From: Oscillatoriales cyanobacterium
Lineage (GTDB): Bacteria; Cyanobacteriota; Cyanobacteriia; Cyanobacteriales; Microcoleaceae
DNA length: 64,000 bases
Assembly: GCA_004294385.1 (NCBI GenBank)
Contig: REAP01000032.1
Location: forward strand, 4,098-68,097
Reading direction: 5' to 3'
Below the pieces are notes generated by a model. The model was not told the origin of the DNA. It saw nothing but the letters and a program-made list of their open reading frames with translations, and ran no database searches. How positions within the stretch are numbered: position 1 is the first letter of the stretch; the number at the start of each line of letters is the position of its first letter. Positions 47,873 to 59,470 of the stretch are shown here, piece by piece. A program made the position numbers and the translations under genes.

Positions 47873-48868
47873 ATGTCTTACAAAAAAGGTGATGTTATTG
47901 CGGAAAAGTATGTAGTAACCCGTGATTTTGATAGTGCTAACGGTGGTCAATGTCAATGGGGTTTTGCTGTGTACAATGGAAACGAATATTTTGTCAAAAA
48001 ATTTCTCAGTCCAGTTTATCCAGGCGAAGATGCACCAGGAAGTGAAAAAGGAAAACAAAAGCGGCGCGATCAGTGTGATGAATTTGCTAGAAAACAGCTA
48101 ACTATTCAAACAGCACTATCCGCTTGTGGTGCAGGCGGCTCAGTAGTAGTGATGGTGGACTTTTTTAAATATGGTGACGATTATGGTAAACATTTCTTCA
48201 AAGTCTGCCAAAAAGTCGATACCAGTTCCTTATCAAACGAAATACATACACTAAAGCCAGAAGAGCGTTTATTTGTCATGCTAACAGCAGCAGGCGCACT
48301 GAAAATTTTACACTCAAATGGGATTGTCCATCTTGACTTGAAACCAGATAATGTGCTGATTCAAAAATGGGAAGGAAGGCAAGTTGCTAAAATTATTGAT
48401 TTTGATAGTAGTATTCTTGAAGGAGAATCGATCGCGGCAGAATTTTTAGTCGGCGATCCGGTATATTATTCCCCAGAATTTGCCAAACATATTGCTACAG
48501 CAGGAAAGACACCCGCGCCCACTAAAAAATCTGATATTTTTTCCCTGGGTTTGATTTTCAGTCAATATTGGACAGGTACTCGTCCGGTTTTATCAGAAAA
48601 GTATACTTATGCTCACGAAGCTATTCTGGATCGAAAAAAACTGGAATTACCATCGATTAAAAATACAACTAAATTGCGCGGTACTCTCATTGAAAATCCA
48701 CTAGATACCGAAGTGCGTAAACTAATAGGAGAGATGTTAGCTTTAAACCATGAAGAAAGACCTGATATTAATCAAGTCCATCAAAAAATTAAATATTTTT
48801 ATAATAATGGCGCTCCACCTAAAGATGGTAGAAATAAGCTAATTATCAATCTGAAGCCCAAATTATGA
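47873..48868 (+). CDS. Ser/Thr protein kinase (atypical Gly loop, DFD motif)
   Basis: YFVKKF, HLDLKPDNVL, IIDFD, GDPVYYSPE, KSDIFSLG, ERPD. Confidence 0.85.
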   Translation: MSYKKGDVIAEKYVVTRDFDSANGGQCQWGFAVYNGNEYFVKKFLSPVYPGEDAPGSEKGKQKRRDQCDEFARKQLTIQTALSACGAGGSVVVMVDFFKYGDDYGKHFFKVCQKVDTSSLSNEIHTLKPEERLFVMLTAAGALKILHSNGIVHLDLKPDNVLIQKWEGRQVAKIIDFDSSILEGESIAAEFLVGDPVYYSPEFAKHIATAGKTPAPTKKSDIFSLGLIFSQYWTGTRPVLSEKYTYAHEAILDRKKLELPSIKNTTKLRGTLIENPLDTEVRKLIGEMLALNHEERPDINQVHQKIKYFYNNGAPPKDGRNKLIINLKPKL

Positions 48869-48881
48869 AATTTTTGATGTT

Positions 48882-49460
48882 ATGAAAAAAACTTACCAGT
48901 GTAAAGGTTGTGGGAATGAAGTTGTTTCACTGATGAAGCCTTCAGAGTGTGAGGTTTGTACAGGACGAGAATGGACGAGATTAGCTACGAGTAAACCGAT
49001 TAATTCAGGAGATGAAACTGTGGCTATTGATAAAGATATATTTTCTTCGTTTAAATTTCGATCGACCATTGAGGGGTATTGCCGAGATATTGGCTGGAAT
49101 CTTTCTAGTATTGACAATAGAATAGCGACAATTAAGTTTAATATGGACTCTGGCAATACGCAAACTTTATTCATTGTCAAGTACGATTCGACCTTGGAGT
49201 TTTCTTGCCCGAGTGGTTTAAAATTCGACGATGAAGATGATATACCCCATCGTTTATCTACGTTACTTCTCACGCAAAATGCTACTTATAAACTGGGGTT
49301 TTGGGGGATAGAAACTATCAGTGGCAAACAAACTTTTTCAATTATTCATAACGCAGAGATGAGTTTAATAGATGTCAGTTATTTTCGTAGGGTAGTCACT
49401 CAGTTAGTAGAAGAATGTGATAAATTTGAACAGACCATAGAAGAATTAATCAACAGCTAA
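48882..49460 (+). CDS. Zn-ribbon plus YbjN/type III chaperone-like domain protein
   Basis: CKGC-x12-CEVC; C-terminal alpha/beta pattern with LLLTQN...LGFWGI. Confidence 0.55.
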   Translation: MKKTYQCKGCGNEVVSLMKPSECEVCTGREWTRLATSKPINSGDETVAIDKDIFSSFKFRSTIEGYCRDIGWNLSSIDNRIATIKFNMDSGNTQTLFIVKYDSTLEFSCPSGLKFDDEDDIPHRLSTLLLTQNATYKLGFWGIETISGKQTFSIIHNAEMSLIDVSYFRRVVTQLVEECDKFEQTIEELINS

Positions 49461-49638
49461 TAGTTAGAAAACCTAGGAATTGCTTTTTTGGATGTGGGTG
49501 TTGAAGGTAGAACGATCGCCCATCCCCAACACCCATAACTTCAACCGCTCAGTTGTGGGTTGATTTTTCATAACTCTACTTTGCTGACTCTAAATCTGTA
49601 ACAATTAAAAATATAGTACCTGTTCAAAAGTTCTCTCA

Positions 49639-50049
49639 ATGACTTTTATCCCATCGGAAGCGTTTAAATCTATTAGTTATCCCAGCCGCACTGTCAAAAG
49701 AGCCGATCGCGCGATCCGGTGCAGCCCATTTCAATTACACTTCTTCCAGACCATCCGCGATAACAGCGTTTTCCTAACTGCGATCGCCTCAAATTCCGGT
49801 GTCGAACGCGGCTACACCCGATCGCCCGTAGCCGAACTAGCAGCCGAAAACTCCCTGCTGTGGCTGATCCAAGTCGGTGTACTGCGCCGGGAAGTAGATG
49901 GACAAGGGATTACCGACAGTTTTCGCCTCACGCCCCTGGGCCGCCAACTCGTGGAAAAATGGGAACAGGAAGGAGATAAAGTGCCGGATGCTTCAATGTG
50001 CGATCGCCTGGGAAATGCCTTGAGTCGCGGGTTGGGACTGTTTCTTTAA
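49639..50049 (+). CDS. Npun_F0494-family conserved cyanobacterial protein
   Basis: RAIRCSPF...LLWLIQVGVLRREVDGQGITDSFRLTPLGRQL. Confidence 0.8.
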   Translation: MTFIPSEAFKSISYPSRTVKRADRAIRCSPFQLHFFQTIRDNSVFLTAIASNSGVERGYTRSPVAELAAENSLLWLIQVGVLRREVDGQGITDSFRLTPLGRQLVEKWEQEGDKVPDASMCDRLGNALSRGLGLFL

Positions 50050-50069
50050 GCGTTTATTGCTTGTCCGAT

Positions 50070-50237
50070 AGTCCGACAGGGAATGAATTCCCTGTCTCAT
50101 AGCGAAAGTCGGTTAAAACCGACTGCAAGTCTAAATTCAACTTGATGTTGAGTTTCGCATTTCACGTTAGTCAACCTCCTCAGTCCTCTTTCAGAGGACT
50201 TGCGCTATGAGACAGGGATTTCAATCCCTGTCGGACT
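50070..50237. repeat. Dispersed full REPIN-like unit
   Basis: AGTCCGACAGGGAATGAATTCCCTGTCTCATAGCGAAAGTCGG... and an inverted copy ending ...CCCTGTCGGACT. Confidence 0.9.
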
Positions 50238-50634
50238 CGCCGTCAAACGAGTTAGACCCCGATCGCACCATAGCATTTTTTGACGCACCGGGCGATCGCA
50301 TCCCCGTTCCACCTTTCGCCGAATCCTTGAATCTGACTGTTGGTGAAATGTTCAGTTGGCTGACTGAGTAGCGCAACCTCGATTTATGGATTTTTTAACC
50401 ACAGAGGGCGCAGAGGGCACAGAGGTAGAGAAGAGAGAGTTCTCTACGGATTTGGTTGGATCGAATGTGTGTGCGATCGCCTATACTGGAATATCTGGTT
50501 ATCCGCCCTTCAAGGACGAGAGAGGACTAAATTCCTCACTACAAACTTAATTATGATTATTTAACTCGACTACTTATCAACTCTCAACTAACCGCTAACT
50601 ACTAACAACTAACTACAGAAAACGTTTCACAAAA

Positions 50635-53600
50635 ATGGAAGCAAAATCTTACAAAGACAGCGTAAATCTGCCCCAAACCAAGTTTGAAATGCGCGCCAAC
50701 GCGGTCAAACGGGAACCGGAATTGCAACAATTTTGGGCTGACGAACACATCTACGATCGCCTTTCGGAAAATAATCCGGGCGACTTGTTCATCCTCCACG
50801 ACGGCCCACCCTACGCCAATGGCCAACTCCACATCGGCCACGCCCTGAACAAAATCCTCAAAGATTTTATCAACCGCTATCAAATACTGTGTGGCAAAAA
50901 AGTTCGCTATGTCCCCGGCTGGGATTGTCACGGATTGCCGATCGAACTTAAAGTCTTACAAAATCTAAAATCCGCAGAAAGACTCAATCTTACTCCGATC
51001 GAACTCCGTCGCAAAGCCGCCGCCTTCGCCCAAGAAACTGTCGAACAACAACGCGCTTCCTTCAAAACCTACGGCGTTTGGGGCGACTGGGAACATCCGT
51101 ATTTAACCCTAAAGCCGGAATATGAAGCAGCCCAAATCGGTGTATTCGGTCAAATGGTGCTCAAAGGCTACATCTACCGTGGCTTTAAACCTGTTCACTG
51201 GAGTCCGAGTTCCAAAACCGCCCTCGCCGAAGCTGAATTGGAATATCCCGAAGGCCACACTTCGCGCAGCATCTACGTTGGCTTCCATGTCAGAAAGTTG
51301 TCGAAAACTTTGCAATCGAAGCTCAAGCGCTATATGCCCAGCCTCTGGGCAGCGATTTGGACGACTACTCCTTGGACGATTCCGGCTAACTTGGCGATCG
51401 CCGTTAATCCCGAACTGGATTATGCGGTGGTGGAACCGCCGGCAAATTCTAATATCGCCCAACAATTCATGTTAGTGGCTGTCGATGCGGTCGATCGACT
51501 ATCGGCAACTTTTAACACTAAATTAAAAATCCTGGCTACCTTCAAAGGCAAAGAATTAGAAGGCTGCATCTACAAACATCCATTGTTCGATCGCGAAAGT
51601 CCGATAGTTGCCGGCGGCGATTACATTACCGCTGATTCCGGGACGGGATTGGTACACACCGCACCGGGCCACGGACAAGAAGATTTTATCGTCGGAAAAC
51701 GCTGCGGTTTGCCTGTTTTAACTCCCGTAGATGAAAATGGAAACTTCACCGCAGAAGCAGGAGTATTCGCAGGTTTAAATGTCCTCGGAAACGGCAATGG
51801 CGCAGTGATTGATGCCCTTGCAGAAGCAAATTGTTTGATTAAAGAGGAAAGTTACGCTCACTCTTATCCTTACGATTGGCGCACCAAAAAGCCGACTATT
51901 TTTCGGGCGACGGAACAGTGGTTTGCGTCGGTGGAAGGGTTCCGCGATGAAGCATTAAAAGCCATTTCTAGTGTTAATTGGATTCCCGCGCAAGGGGAAA
52001 ATCGGATTACTGCAATGGTAGGCGATCGCTCGGATTGGTGCATCTCCCGTCAACGGACTTGGGGTGTTCCCATTCCCGTATTCTACGACGAAGAAACTAA
52101 CGAACCGTTGCTAAATGCCGAAACCATCGCCCACGTACAAGCAATTATTGCTGACAAAGGTTCCGATGCTTGGTGGGAAATGTCGATCGCCGAATTACTG
52201 CCGGAATCTTATCGCAATAACGGCCGCACTTACCGCAAGGGAACCGACACGATGGATGTCTGGTTTGACTCTGGTTCTTCCTGGGCCGCAGTCGCTAAAG
52301 GGCGATCGGAATTGAACTATCCTGCTGATATGTATTTGGAAGGTTCAGACCAACATCGCGGCTGGTTTCAATCCAGCTTACTTACGAGTGTAGCAACTAA
52401 CGGTGTCGCTCCTTATAAAACAGTTTTGACTCACGGTTTTGTGCTGGATGAAAAAGGCCGCAAGATGAGCAAATCTGAAGGAAATGTCGTCGATCCAGCA
52501 TTGGTAATTAAGGAATATGGAGCCGATGTTTTGCGGTTGTGGGTGTCTTCGGTAGACTATTCGGCAGATGTGCCTTTAGGTAAAAACATTCTCAAACAGC
52601 AGTCGGATGTTTACCGCAAAATTCGCAATACAGCTAAGTTTTTGTTGGGGAATTTGCACGATTTCGATCCCGCTAAAGATGCAGTGGCTTACGAGAATTT
52701 GCCGGAACTCGATCGCTATATGTTGCACAGAATGGGCGAAGTTTTTGCGGAAGTTAAAGATGCTTTTGATAACTTCCAATTTTCCCGATTTTTCCAAACT
52801 GTTCAAAATTTCTGTACGGTGGACTTGTCGAATTTTTACTTGGATATTGCCAAGGATCGACTGTACATCAGCGCTACGGATGCTCACCGTCGCCGGAGTT
52901 GTCAGACGGTGATTGCGATCGCAGTGGAGAATTTGGCAAAGGCGATCGCACCTGTTTTGTGTCACATGGCTGAGGATATTTGGCAATACATTCCCTATCC
53001 AACATCGCACAAATCAGTGTTTGAATCTGGTTGGGTGGAATTGGATGCGAAATGGCACAATCCTGAATTGGCGACTCGTTGGCAATATTTGCGGCAAGTG
53101 CGCGGGGAAGTTAACAAGGTTTTGGAAAAAGCTCGGATGGAGAAGGCGATCGGTTCTTCGTTGGCGGCTAAGGTTTTATTGTATGTTCCTGATGTTGAGA
53201 AAAGAGCACAATTGCAAGCTTTGAATCCTAGCAGCGAGGGATTGATGGATTATGTGCGATCGCAAAATTCAATCATTGAATTAGCAGCAGCGGAAAAAGC
53301 CAAAGCAATACAAGATCAACAGGAAGAAAAAGCGGCAAATGTTGCTAAGGTCTTGACAGGAACGACAATTCATGTTGAGGAGGAAACGATCACAAAGGGC
53401 GATCGACCTTCTGAAGTCATCGAATATTCTGCCGTTGAAACACCGATTCCAGATGCACAACCAGCATTCGATTTCGATAAAGTCGCTCAGTTTGTGGCGA
53501 ATTTACCTACCTACGCGGGCAATTTCTTCACAGAATACCAAAAACCTTTGGTAACACTTGGGTTAATCACCTCAGTGTTGGTAACGGCGAGAATAACCGC

Positions 53601-54231
53601 CGGGATGTTGGATACGATGAATCAGATTCCTCTCTTGGGAGGAGTTGTGGAAATCGTCGGTATCCTATTCACAATGTGGTTTGCTGTCCGTTATCTATTG
53701 TTTGCGGACAACCGTCAAGAACTTGCAGAGAAAATCAGTCTGCTGACAGCAGATGTAGTTGGTAAAACTACGGCGATTGGAGTAGGTGAAAAAGATGCGA
53801 TCGCACTGGACACCCTAGTCGAATCAAAGATTATCGAAACACCTGAAGTTCCGAAAATCGTACTGGAAAAACCAGTCGAACCAGTAAATGTCACAATTCC
53901 AGCAATCCCGAAAACTGAAGTAATTACAGTTGTACCAAAAGCAAAACCTGCTGCGACAAAACCTGCAATTTCCGATTCTGCAACAGTCAGCAACTGTGTA
54001 GACGAACTGCGGTACTTGTTTATCACTTCGGAAGTGGAACTAATAGAGTCGAATGTAGTTCTGCAAGAATTACCGTATAGTTTCCAGTCTCCAGAGTTGG
54101 GAATTGGTGTTGTCAAAGCAAATGGCGAAAAGTGCGATCGATGCTGGAACTACTCTACTCACGTCGGAGAGTCGATCGAACATCCGCTAATTTGTGAACG
54201 CTGCGTTAGTGCAGTAGATGGACAATTTTAA
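50635..54231 (+). CDS. ileS: Isoleucyl-tRNA synthetase with inserted CAAD (CURT1-like) membrane domain
   Basis: [38 protein letters not shown]-terminal CDRCW...CERC Zn finger; ~250-aa insert with a hydrophobic hairpin near the C-terminus. Confidence 0.97.
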   Translation: MEAKSYKDSVNLPQTKFEMRANAVKREPELQQFWADEHIYDRLSENNPGDLFILHDGPPYANGQLHIGHALNKILKDFINRYQILCGKKVRYVPGWDCHGLPIELKVLQNLKSAERLNLTPIELRRKAAAFAQETVEQQRASFKTYGVWGDWEHPYLTLKPEYEAAQIGVFGQMVLKGYIYRGFKPVHWSPSSKTALAEAELEYPEGHTSRSIYVGFHVRKLSKTLQSKLKRYMPSLWAAIWTTTPWTIPANLAIAVNPELDYAVVEPPANSNIAQQFMLVAVDAVDRLSATFNTKLKILATFKGKELEGCIYKHPLFDRESPIVAGGDYITADSGTGLVHTAPGHGQEDFIVGKRCGLPVLTPVDENGNFTAEAGVFAGLNVLGNGNGAVIDALAEANCLIKEESYAHSYPYDWRTKKPTIFRATEQWFASVEGFRDEALKAISSVNWIPAQGENRITAMVGDRSDWCISRQRTWGVPIPVFYDEETNEPLLNAETIAHVQAIIADKGSDAWWEMSIAELLPESYRNNGRTYRKGTDTMDVWFDSGSSWAAVAKGRSELNYPADMYLEGSDQHRGWFQSSLLTSVATNGVAPYKTVLTHGFVLDEKGRKMSKSEGNVVDPALVIKEYGADVLRLWVSSVDYSADVPLGKNILKQQSDVYRKIRNTAKFLLGNLHDFDPAKDAVAYENLPELDRYMLHRMGEVFAEVKDAFDNFQFSRFFQTVQNFCTVDLSNFYLDIAKDRLYISATDAHRRRSCQTVIAIAVENLAKAIAPVLCHMAEDIWQYIPYPTSHKSVFESGWVELDAKWHNPELATRWQYLRQVRGEVNKVLEKARMEKAIGSSLAAKVLLYVPDVEKRAQLQALNPSSEGLMDYVRSQNSIIELAAAEKAKAIQDQQEEKAANVAKVLTGTTIHVEEETITKGDRPSEVIEYSAVETPIPDAQPAFDFDKVAQFVANLPTYAGNFFTEYQKPLVTLGLITSVLVTARITAGMLDTMNQIPLLGGVVEIVGILFTMWFAVRYLLFADNRQELAEKISLLTADVVGKTTAIGVGEKDAIALDTLVESKIIETPEVPKIVLEKPVEPVNVTIPAIPKTEVITVVPKAKPAATKPAISDSATVSNCVDELRYLFITSEVELIESNVVLQELPYSFQSPELGIGVVKANGEKCDRCWNYSTHVGESIEHPLICERCVSAVDGQF

Positions 54232-54292
54232 CCTATGCTTAGGCTGATAACGCACCCTACATTTAGATGTAATGTGCGTTAAATGAAGTTTT

Positions 54293-54354
54293 GTAGGGGC
54301 GGGTTCGCCGAGATATTTGAGAAGTATCGACAAATTATATAAACCCGCCCCCAC
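54293..54354. repeat. GTAG-type palindromic repeat
   Basis: gtaggggcgggtt ... aacccgcccccac. Confidence 0.75.
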
Positions 54355-54422
54355 CACACAAACAGCCCTTTATTGATGATACTGGTATAATATCGTTTCC
54401 GATAATCGGAGTCAGAAAATCA

Positions 54423-55022
54423 ATGGCTTACAGCGATTTCAAATTAAGTAATGTCAGTAAAATCTTTGAATTAACAATTACCGAGTCTTCCCAACTCTTA
54501 GCAGATGTTCCAGAAATAGAAGCCAGCGAATTATTAACAACTATCCTCAAAGAAAATATTGATCTAGCTGTTTCAATTAATACCGAAAAAGCTCGTTCCG
54601 AAATGATTATAGCACCAATCTTACTAGAAATTAGACGCAAATTAAATTATCATATAAGTTTATTTTCTGGAGTCGAGTTTAATGTCGATCCAGCTAAAGG
54701 ACTCAATGGATTTTGTGATTTTTTGATGAGCAATTCTCAGGAACAGTTGTTTATTTCCAGTCCTATATTAACAATTGTAGAAGCAAAAAATGATAATTTA
54801 AAAGCAGGATTAGGTCAGTGTATCGCTGAAATGGTAGCAGCACAATTGTTTAACCAACAAGAAGGAAATGAAATCTCGATTATTTACGGCGCTGTGACAA
54901 CTGGTACGGTTTGGCAATTTCTCAAACTCGAAAATAAGGTAGTTTCGATAGATTTAAGCGAGTATTTTATCCGAGATATTCAGAAAATTATCGGAATTTT
55001 AATCAAAGCCATGAAGGGCTAA
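54423..55022 (+). CDS. Conserved cyanobacterial restriction-endonuclease-like (PD-(D/E)xK) protein
   Basis: [26 protein letters not shown]...[22 protein letters not shown]. Confidence 0.65.
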   Translation: MAYSDFKLSNVSKIFELTITESSQLLADVPEIEASELLTTILKENIDLAVSINTEKARSEMIIAPILLEIRRKLNYHISLFSGVEFNVDPAKGLNGFCDFLMSNSQEQLFISSPILTIVEAKNDNLKAGLGQCIAEMVAAQLFNQQEGNEISIIYGAVTTGTVWQFLKLENKVVSIDLSEYFIRDIQKIIGILIKAMKG

Positions 55023-55086
55023 GGTAGGACTAATATCAAGTCCGCATTGTTTTGATGATATTAGTCCGAATTCAGAAATCTAGAGG

Positions 55087-55890
55087 CTAAACATCCTCTG
55101 GATCGATCCCCATCTCCCGTAGCTTAGCAGCTAGCCGATCGGCCCGCAGCTTTTCCTGCTCAGCCCGCAGCTTTTCTTGCTCAGCCCGCAGCTTTTCCTC
55201 CTCAGCCCGCAGCTTTTCTTGCTCAGCTCGCTCATCACCTGTTAGCAGCAGATTGCCCTCACTATCCCACCAACGCAGCCAGGGCAAGGTTTGATTACCT
55301 TCGGGCCCGATCCAAATGCCCAATTCTACACCCATCGGACCGATCGAATAATGACCACGCTGATTGGCTGCAACCAGTTGATAGTGATTGGCGATTAGTT
55401 CATAAACTTCGACGGAGGCTTTCTCCACCTCGTAAATTGCATAGAAGGGAATCCGAATCGCCTGCTCATAAACCCAAAACTTACCAGTTTTGGTTCCCTC
55501 AACTGCTGAGGGTGGTGTCGAATCGCGCTCTTCTGACCCATTTCCTGACACAAACTCGATCGCAATCAATGGCGCGACAAATTCTTTCCACAACACATAA
55601 GAGCGCCGCCCGACTCCATCCAATAACGGCGGTACATTCGGCACATAAAACCAGTCTGGTGCTTCTGCACCTTTTTCCGGTGGGTCAGTCAAGCGCCAAT
55701 AAATCCCACAATCTTGACCAATCGCGTATTGTCCATCCGGGTGTAGTCGATCGAGGATAGGACGAATCGAACTGGTGAGGAGCAAACTTTGGGGATGTTC
55801 TTGGAAATTTTTCACAAATGTACCATCTGACTCCGGTAACTGCGTATGATCTGGTAATGATAAAAGAAGCGGTGATTCGGCGATCGTCAT
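55087..55890 (-). CDS. Uma2-family endonuclease with C-terminal AEQEKLR heptad repeats
   Basis: AEAPDWFYVP, IAIEFVS, KFWVYEQ; four 21-bp repeats near the 3' end. Confidence 0.9.
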   Translation of the reverse strand: MTIAESPLLLSLPDHTQLPESDGTFVKNFQEHPQSLLLTSSIRPILDRLHPDGQYAIGQDCGIYWRLTDPPEKGAEAPDWFYVPNVPPLLDGVGRRSYVLWKEFVAPLIAIEFVSGNGSEERDSTPPSAVEGTKTGKFWVYEQAIRIPFYAIYEVEKASVEVYELIANHYQLVAANQRGHYSIGPMGVELGIWIGPEGNQTLPWLRWWDSEGNLLLTGDERAEQEKLRAEEEKLRAEQEKLRAEQEKLRADRLAAKLREMGIDPEDV

Positions 55891-56402
55891 GGCGATATCT
55901 CCAACTTTAGATAACCTAATATTTTATTTTAAGGCCTAATTCCCGAAGGTTGACGATCGCCATAATATAACTTTTTGGTAACGAGATTGAGAAATTAGTT
56001 TGTCTGTCATCTGTAGGGTGCATCGCCATCAAAAATTATCAAAAAGATAGACAATCTCAAAGCGACGCACCTTTCAAAATCTCAGGTTACTAAATGATGT
56101 GACGCAGGAAATCGCTACAGACGAGGTTGAGGGCGATGTAGTCGTAGGCAAGGTTTTTTCGATTTTCGCGATCGACATTTAGCTGTATTGCCTGTTCTAG
56201 GTGTTGTTCTGCTTGGGTTTATAACTCCTACTGCATTAGCCTTAAACTTTTTAATTGACTTTCTTTGCACCAAATGTTAATGTCGATTATAGTTTTTAGT
56301 AAAAATCCAAATTATACGGTGAGATTTTCTAGCCTTCCCAGCAGATGATAAATAGTGACGCACTTACGGTATGTTGTATTGTAAGTAGCACAAAATGTTT
56401 TT

Positions 56403-57386
56403 ATGAAAATTTTAGTCACAGGCGCAGCAGGCTTTATCGGCTACCATTTAGCCCAAAAATTATTGTCTCAAGGCAAACAGGTTTACGGTATAGACAACTT
56501 AAATGACTATTATGATGTCAATCTCAAAAAAGCGCGTTTAGCTCAACTCCAGCCGCATTCAGAATTTACTTTTGAGCAGTTAGATTTGAGCGATCGCACT
56601 TTAGTATCCCAACTCTTCCAAAATCACCAATTTGACCGCGTTGTCCACCTTGCAGCCCAAGCTGGTGTGCGCTATTCTCTGGAAAATCCCCACGCTTACG
56701 CAGACAGCAACCTGATGGGATTTTTGAATATCTTAGAAGGTTGTCGTCACAGCAAAATCGAGCATTTAGTCTTTGCTTCTTCCAGTTCCGTTTATGGTAC
56801 TAACACCAAAATTCCCTTTGCTGTTAGTGATAATGTCGATCATCCAATCTCCCTTTACGCCGCCACCAAAAAAGCTAACGAATTGATGGCTCATTCCTAT
56901 AGCCATTTGTACAATCTGCCAATCACCGGATTACGCTTTTTTACAGTATATGGCGCTTGGGGACGACCGGATATGGCGTATTTCAAGTTTGTCAAGGCGA
57001 TCGCAGAAAATAAACCCATTGACGTTTACAACTTCGGTAAGATGCAGCGCGACTTCACTTATATTGATGATGTCATTGAAGGAGTTATGCGAGTCATGGA
57101 AAAGCCTCCTCAATCCAATTCAGAAACATCAAGCACCGTTCCCTATAAGATTTACAATATTGGCAATAATTCCCCTGTGGAATTGTTGACTTTTATTGAA
57201 GTTGTTGAAGCGGCTATGGGCAAAAAAGCGGTTAAGAATTTGTTGCCGATGCAGCCCGGTGATGTACCTTCTACTTATGCAGATGTAGATGATTTGATGG
57301 CGGATGTAGGGTTTAAACCTAGTACAACTATTGAGGAAGGAATTAGTCAGTTTGTGAAGTGGTATCGAGAATATTATCTAGCATAG
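56403..57386 (+). CDS. NAD-dependent epimerase (UDP-glucuronate 4-epimerase type)
   Basis: [50 protein letters not shown]. Confidence 0.92.
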   Translation: MKILVTGAAGFIGYHLAQKLLSQGKQVYGIDNLNDYYDVNLKKARLAQLQPHSEFTFEQLDLSDRTLVSQLFQNHQFDRVVHLAAQAGVRYSLENPHAYADSNLMGFLNILEGCRHSKIEHLVFASSSSVYGTNTKIPFAVSDNVDHPISLYAATKKANELMAHSYSHLYNLPITGLRFFTVYGAWGRPDMAYFKFVKAIAENKPIDVYNFGKMQRDFTYIDDVIEGVMRVMEKPPQSNSETSSTVPYKIYNIGNNSPVELLTFIEVVEAAMGKKAVKNLLPMQPGDVPSTYADVDDLMADVGFKPSTTIEEGISQFVKWYREYYLA

Positions 57387-57612
57387 GGAATTGGGAATTG
57401 GGAATTGGGAATTGGGAATTGGGAATTGGGAATTGGGAATTGGGCATTGGGAATTGGGCATTGGGCATTGGGCATTGGACATTGGGCATTGGGCATTGGG
57501 AACTCGCGCTCTACCCAACGTACTTCATTTATTTGAGAAACGCCATAGCCTATTACCAATTACCAATTACCAATTACCCATTACCAATTACCCATTACCC
57601 ATTACCCATTAC
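57385..57612. repeat. STRR heptamer blocks (ATTGGG[A/C])n and (ATTACC[A/C])n between convergent genes
   Basis: Directly read. Confidence 0.85.
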
Positions 57613-57643
57613 CTCATTTTTATGACGAAGGATATATCCCTCT

Positions 57644-59470
57644 TTATGCCTTCGCCTCAACCCAAATTGTTAGTCCTTCAACTCTCAAACCCTTGCCACG
57701 AGTGCCGCAATATTGACCGTTAGAACCAGTTGGAGTATCACCGACATTTTGGATATGAGCTGTGTAAAGTACGTTGTATTTATCAGCATCAACTCCCGTC
57801 AGCCGCGCCGCAAATCCCTCAATCCGCTTAGCTTTACCTCGGAAACCAGCTAAGTCTCCTTCTTCGATCCAAGCAGTATCGCCAACACTTTCAACGTGAG
57901 CCATATACTGCAATTTGAGACCGGCAATCGGAGGCTCTATTTTCATCTGAAATCCTTCGACGCGACGGCCTTGACCCTTGCTACCAGCATATTCTCGATC
58001 GCTAAAAGTGCGATCGCCAATTCCTTGAATATGCGCCAACACTTTTAACCCCACAGGCTGGGCTGGTTGAGCTTTTGCGGAAGGAACAACCCAAACGTTG
58101 ATACCTTCGACTCTCAAAGCTTTGCCACGAGTGCCACAATAGTCGCCGTTTGAGACAACCTTTGTGTCACCAACATTTTGAATGTGAGCAGTGTAAAATA
58201 CGTCGTATTTACTAGCTTCAGCACCGCTCAATCGCACGGCAAATCCTTCAATTCGTTTGCCTTTACCCCGGAAACCTGCTAATTCCTGTTCGCTAACCCA
58301 AGGAGTGTCGCCCACACTTTCAACGTGAGCCATATATTCGACTTTTAAGCCGGGAATTGCAGGCTCTAAATTAACTTGAAATCCTTCGACGCGCCGCCCT
58401 TGAGCCTTTGTACCGGCGTATTCTTGAGAACCAAAAGTGCGATCGCCAATGCCTTGAATGTGCACCAAAACTTTCAATCCCAAAGTCCCTTCTACTGGCG
58501 CTGGTTTCGCTGCCGTTGGTGGGCCAAAAACAATGTTTCCAGAGCCTTTACTCTGGAGGGATTGAGGCATTTCCATGCTGGGAACAATAATTACCTCGTG
58601 CATCGGGGCTGAAGGTGCTGGTGATTCCAAAATCTTGATTTCGGGCACAACTACAACTTGTTTCGGGGCGACATTTCCCGACGGGATCAGGATGATTTCT
58701 GGTGAGGGTTCAACAACTGCTGGGGGTAGGGGTGCGATTGTGGCTGCTACTGGCACTTGAAAGGCTCTTGGCATCTCAGCAACGATCAATTTGCCTCTGG
58801 AAATGGCAACGGCTATTTGTTTGCCAAAGGCCGCGCTGACGGTTTCTTCGAGGATGACCCACTGTTCGTCATTTAATTGATCTTGTTGTTCTACGAGGGC
58901 GAGGACAGCCGCCACTGGGTGTTTGCCACTGACTAAGGATTCTGCATCTGAGTGCAGTTGAGTCGGGGTTGATTCGGAAATGGCGCGGTACAGTTCACGG
59001 GCTCTACCATGCACTGATTGTAATGGCCCAAAGTCGCTTTGTTCGCGGTGGGCGATCGCCAATACTCGATCGAGCACTTTTAAGGCTTGGGAGCGAATTT
59101 CTCCTTTGCCTTCAGAAGCTGCGATTGTCTGGATTAAGTTTTGAATTTCTTTGAGGGATGTAACTTCTCCGGGCGTGATGGCGGAGTTGCTGAGTTCGAG
59201 GGCTTGTTTTTGGACAACGGAAAAATTGCGGCTGTAACTCACTATTTCTTGCAGCAAGCTTTCCGACGGAGGAAGGCCGGAGTCTTGGAGTTGTTTGGCT
59301 GCTTCTGCGAGTCGATCGGCTAAATTAGGATAAGTTTCCGATAGTCCAGCTATTTGTTGTAGCAAATCTTTATGAGTTGGTTCCATAGTCTGTCGTAAAT
59401 ATTTAACTTGCTTATTGTAGACGTTCATTGCCCTTGAGAGTGCCACAGATCCGAGACCTTCTGCATTCAA
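57644..59470 (-). CDS. Helical N-terminal domain, Pro-rich linker and two ChW (clostridial hydrophobic W)-like modules
   Basis: Repeated HIQ..GD / [12 protein letters not shown] / YCGTRGK.LRVEG; start uncertain (TTG 59470 or a downstream ATG). Confidence 0.7.
   Translation of the reverse strand: MNAEGLGSVALSRAMNVYNKQVKYLRQTMEPTHKDLLQQIAGLSETYPNLADRLAEAAKQLQDSGLPPSESLLQEIVSYSRNFSVVQKQALELSNSAITPGEVTSLKEIQNLIQTIAASEGKGEIRSQALKVLDRVLAIAHREQSDFGPLQSVHGRARELYRAISESTPTQLHSDAESLVSGKHPVAAVLALVEQQDQLNDEQWVILEETVSAAFGKQIAVAISRGKLIVAEMPRAFQVPVAATIAPLPPAVVEPSPEIILIPSGNVAPKQVVVVPEIKILESPAPSAPMHEVIIVPSMEMPQSLQSKGSGNIVFGPPTAAKPAPVEGTLGLKVLVHIQGIGDRTFGSQEYAGTKAQGRRVEGFQVNLEPAIPGLKVEYMAHVESVGDTPWVSEQELAGFRGKGKRIEGFAVRLSGAEASKYDVFYTAHIQNVGDTKVVSNGDYCGTRGKALRVEGINVWVVPSAKAQPAQPVGLKVLAHIQGIGDRTFSDREYAGSKGQGRRVEGFQMKIEPPIAGLKLQYMAHVESVGDTAWIEEGDLAGFRGKAKRIEGFAARLTGVDADKYNVLYTAHIQNVGDTPTGSNGQYCGTRGKGLRVEGLTIWVEAKA

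Noticed and set aside
44867-49460. HIP1 depletion as extra evidence for foreign origin of the island
   Set aside because: HIP1 or its CGATCG core is present (e.g. near 45550, 46340, 48430), so depletion cannot be claimed without counting.
50602-50931. 109-aa minus-strand ORF and other short ORFs overlapping ileS, nrt, nirA and catalase
   Set aside because: Antisense to strongly supported genes.
56090-56250. Short minus-strand frame (…TQAEQHLEQAIQLN…) resembling a TPR fragment
   Set aside because: No start context and too short to support a gene or pseudogene call.
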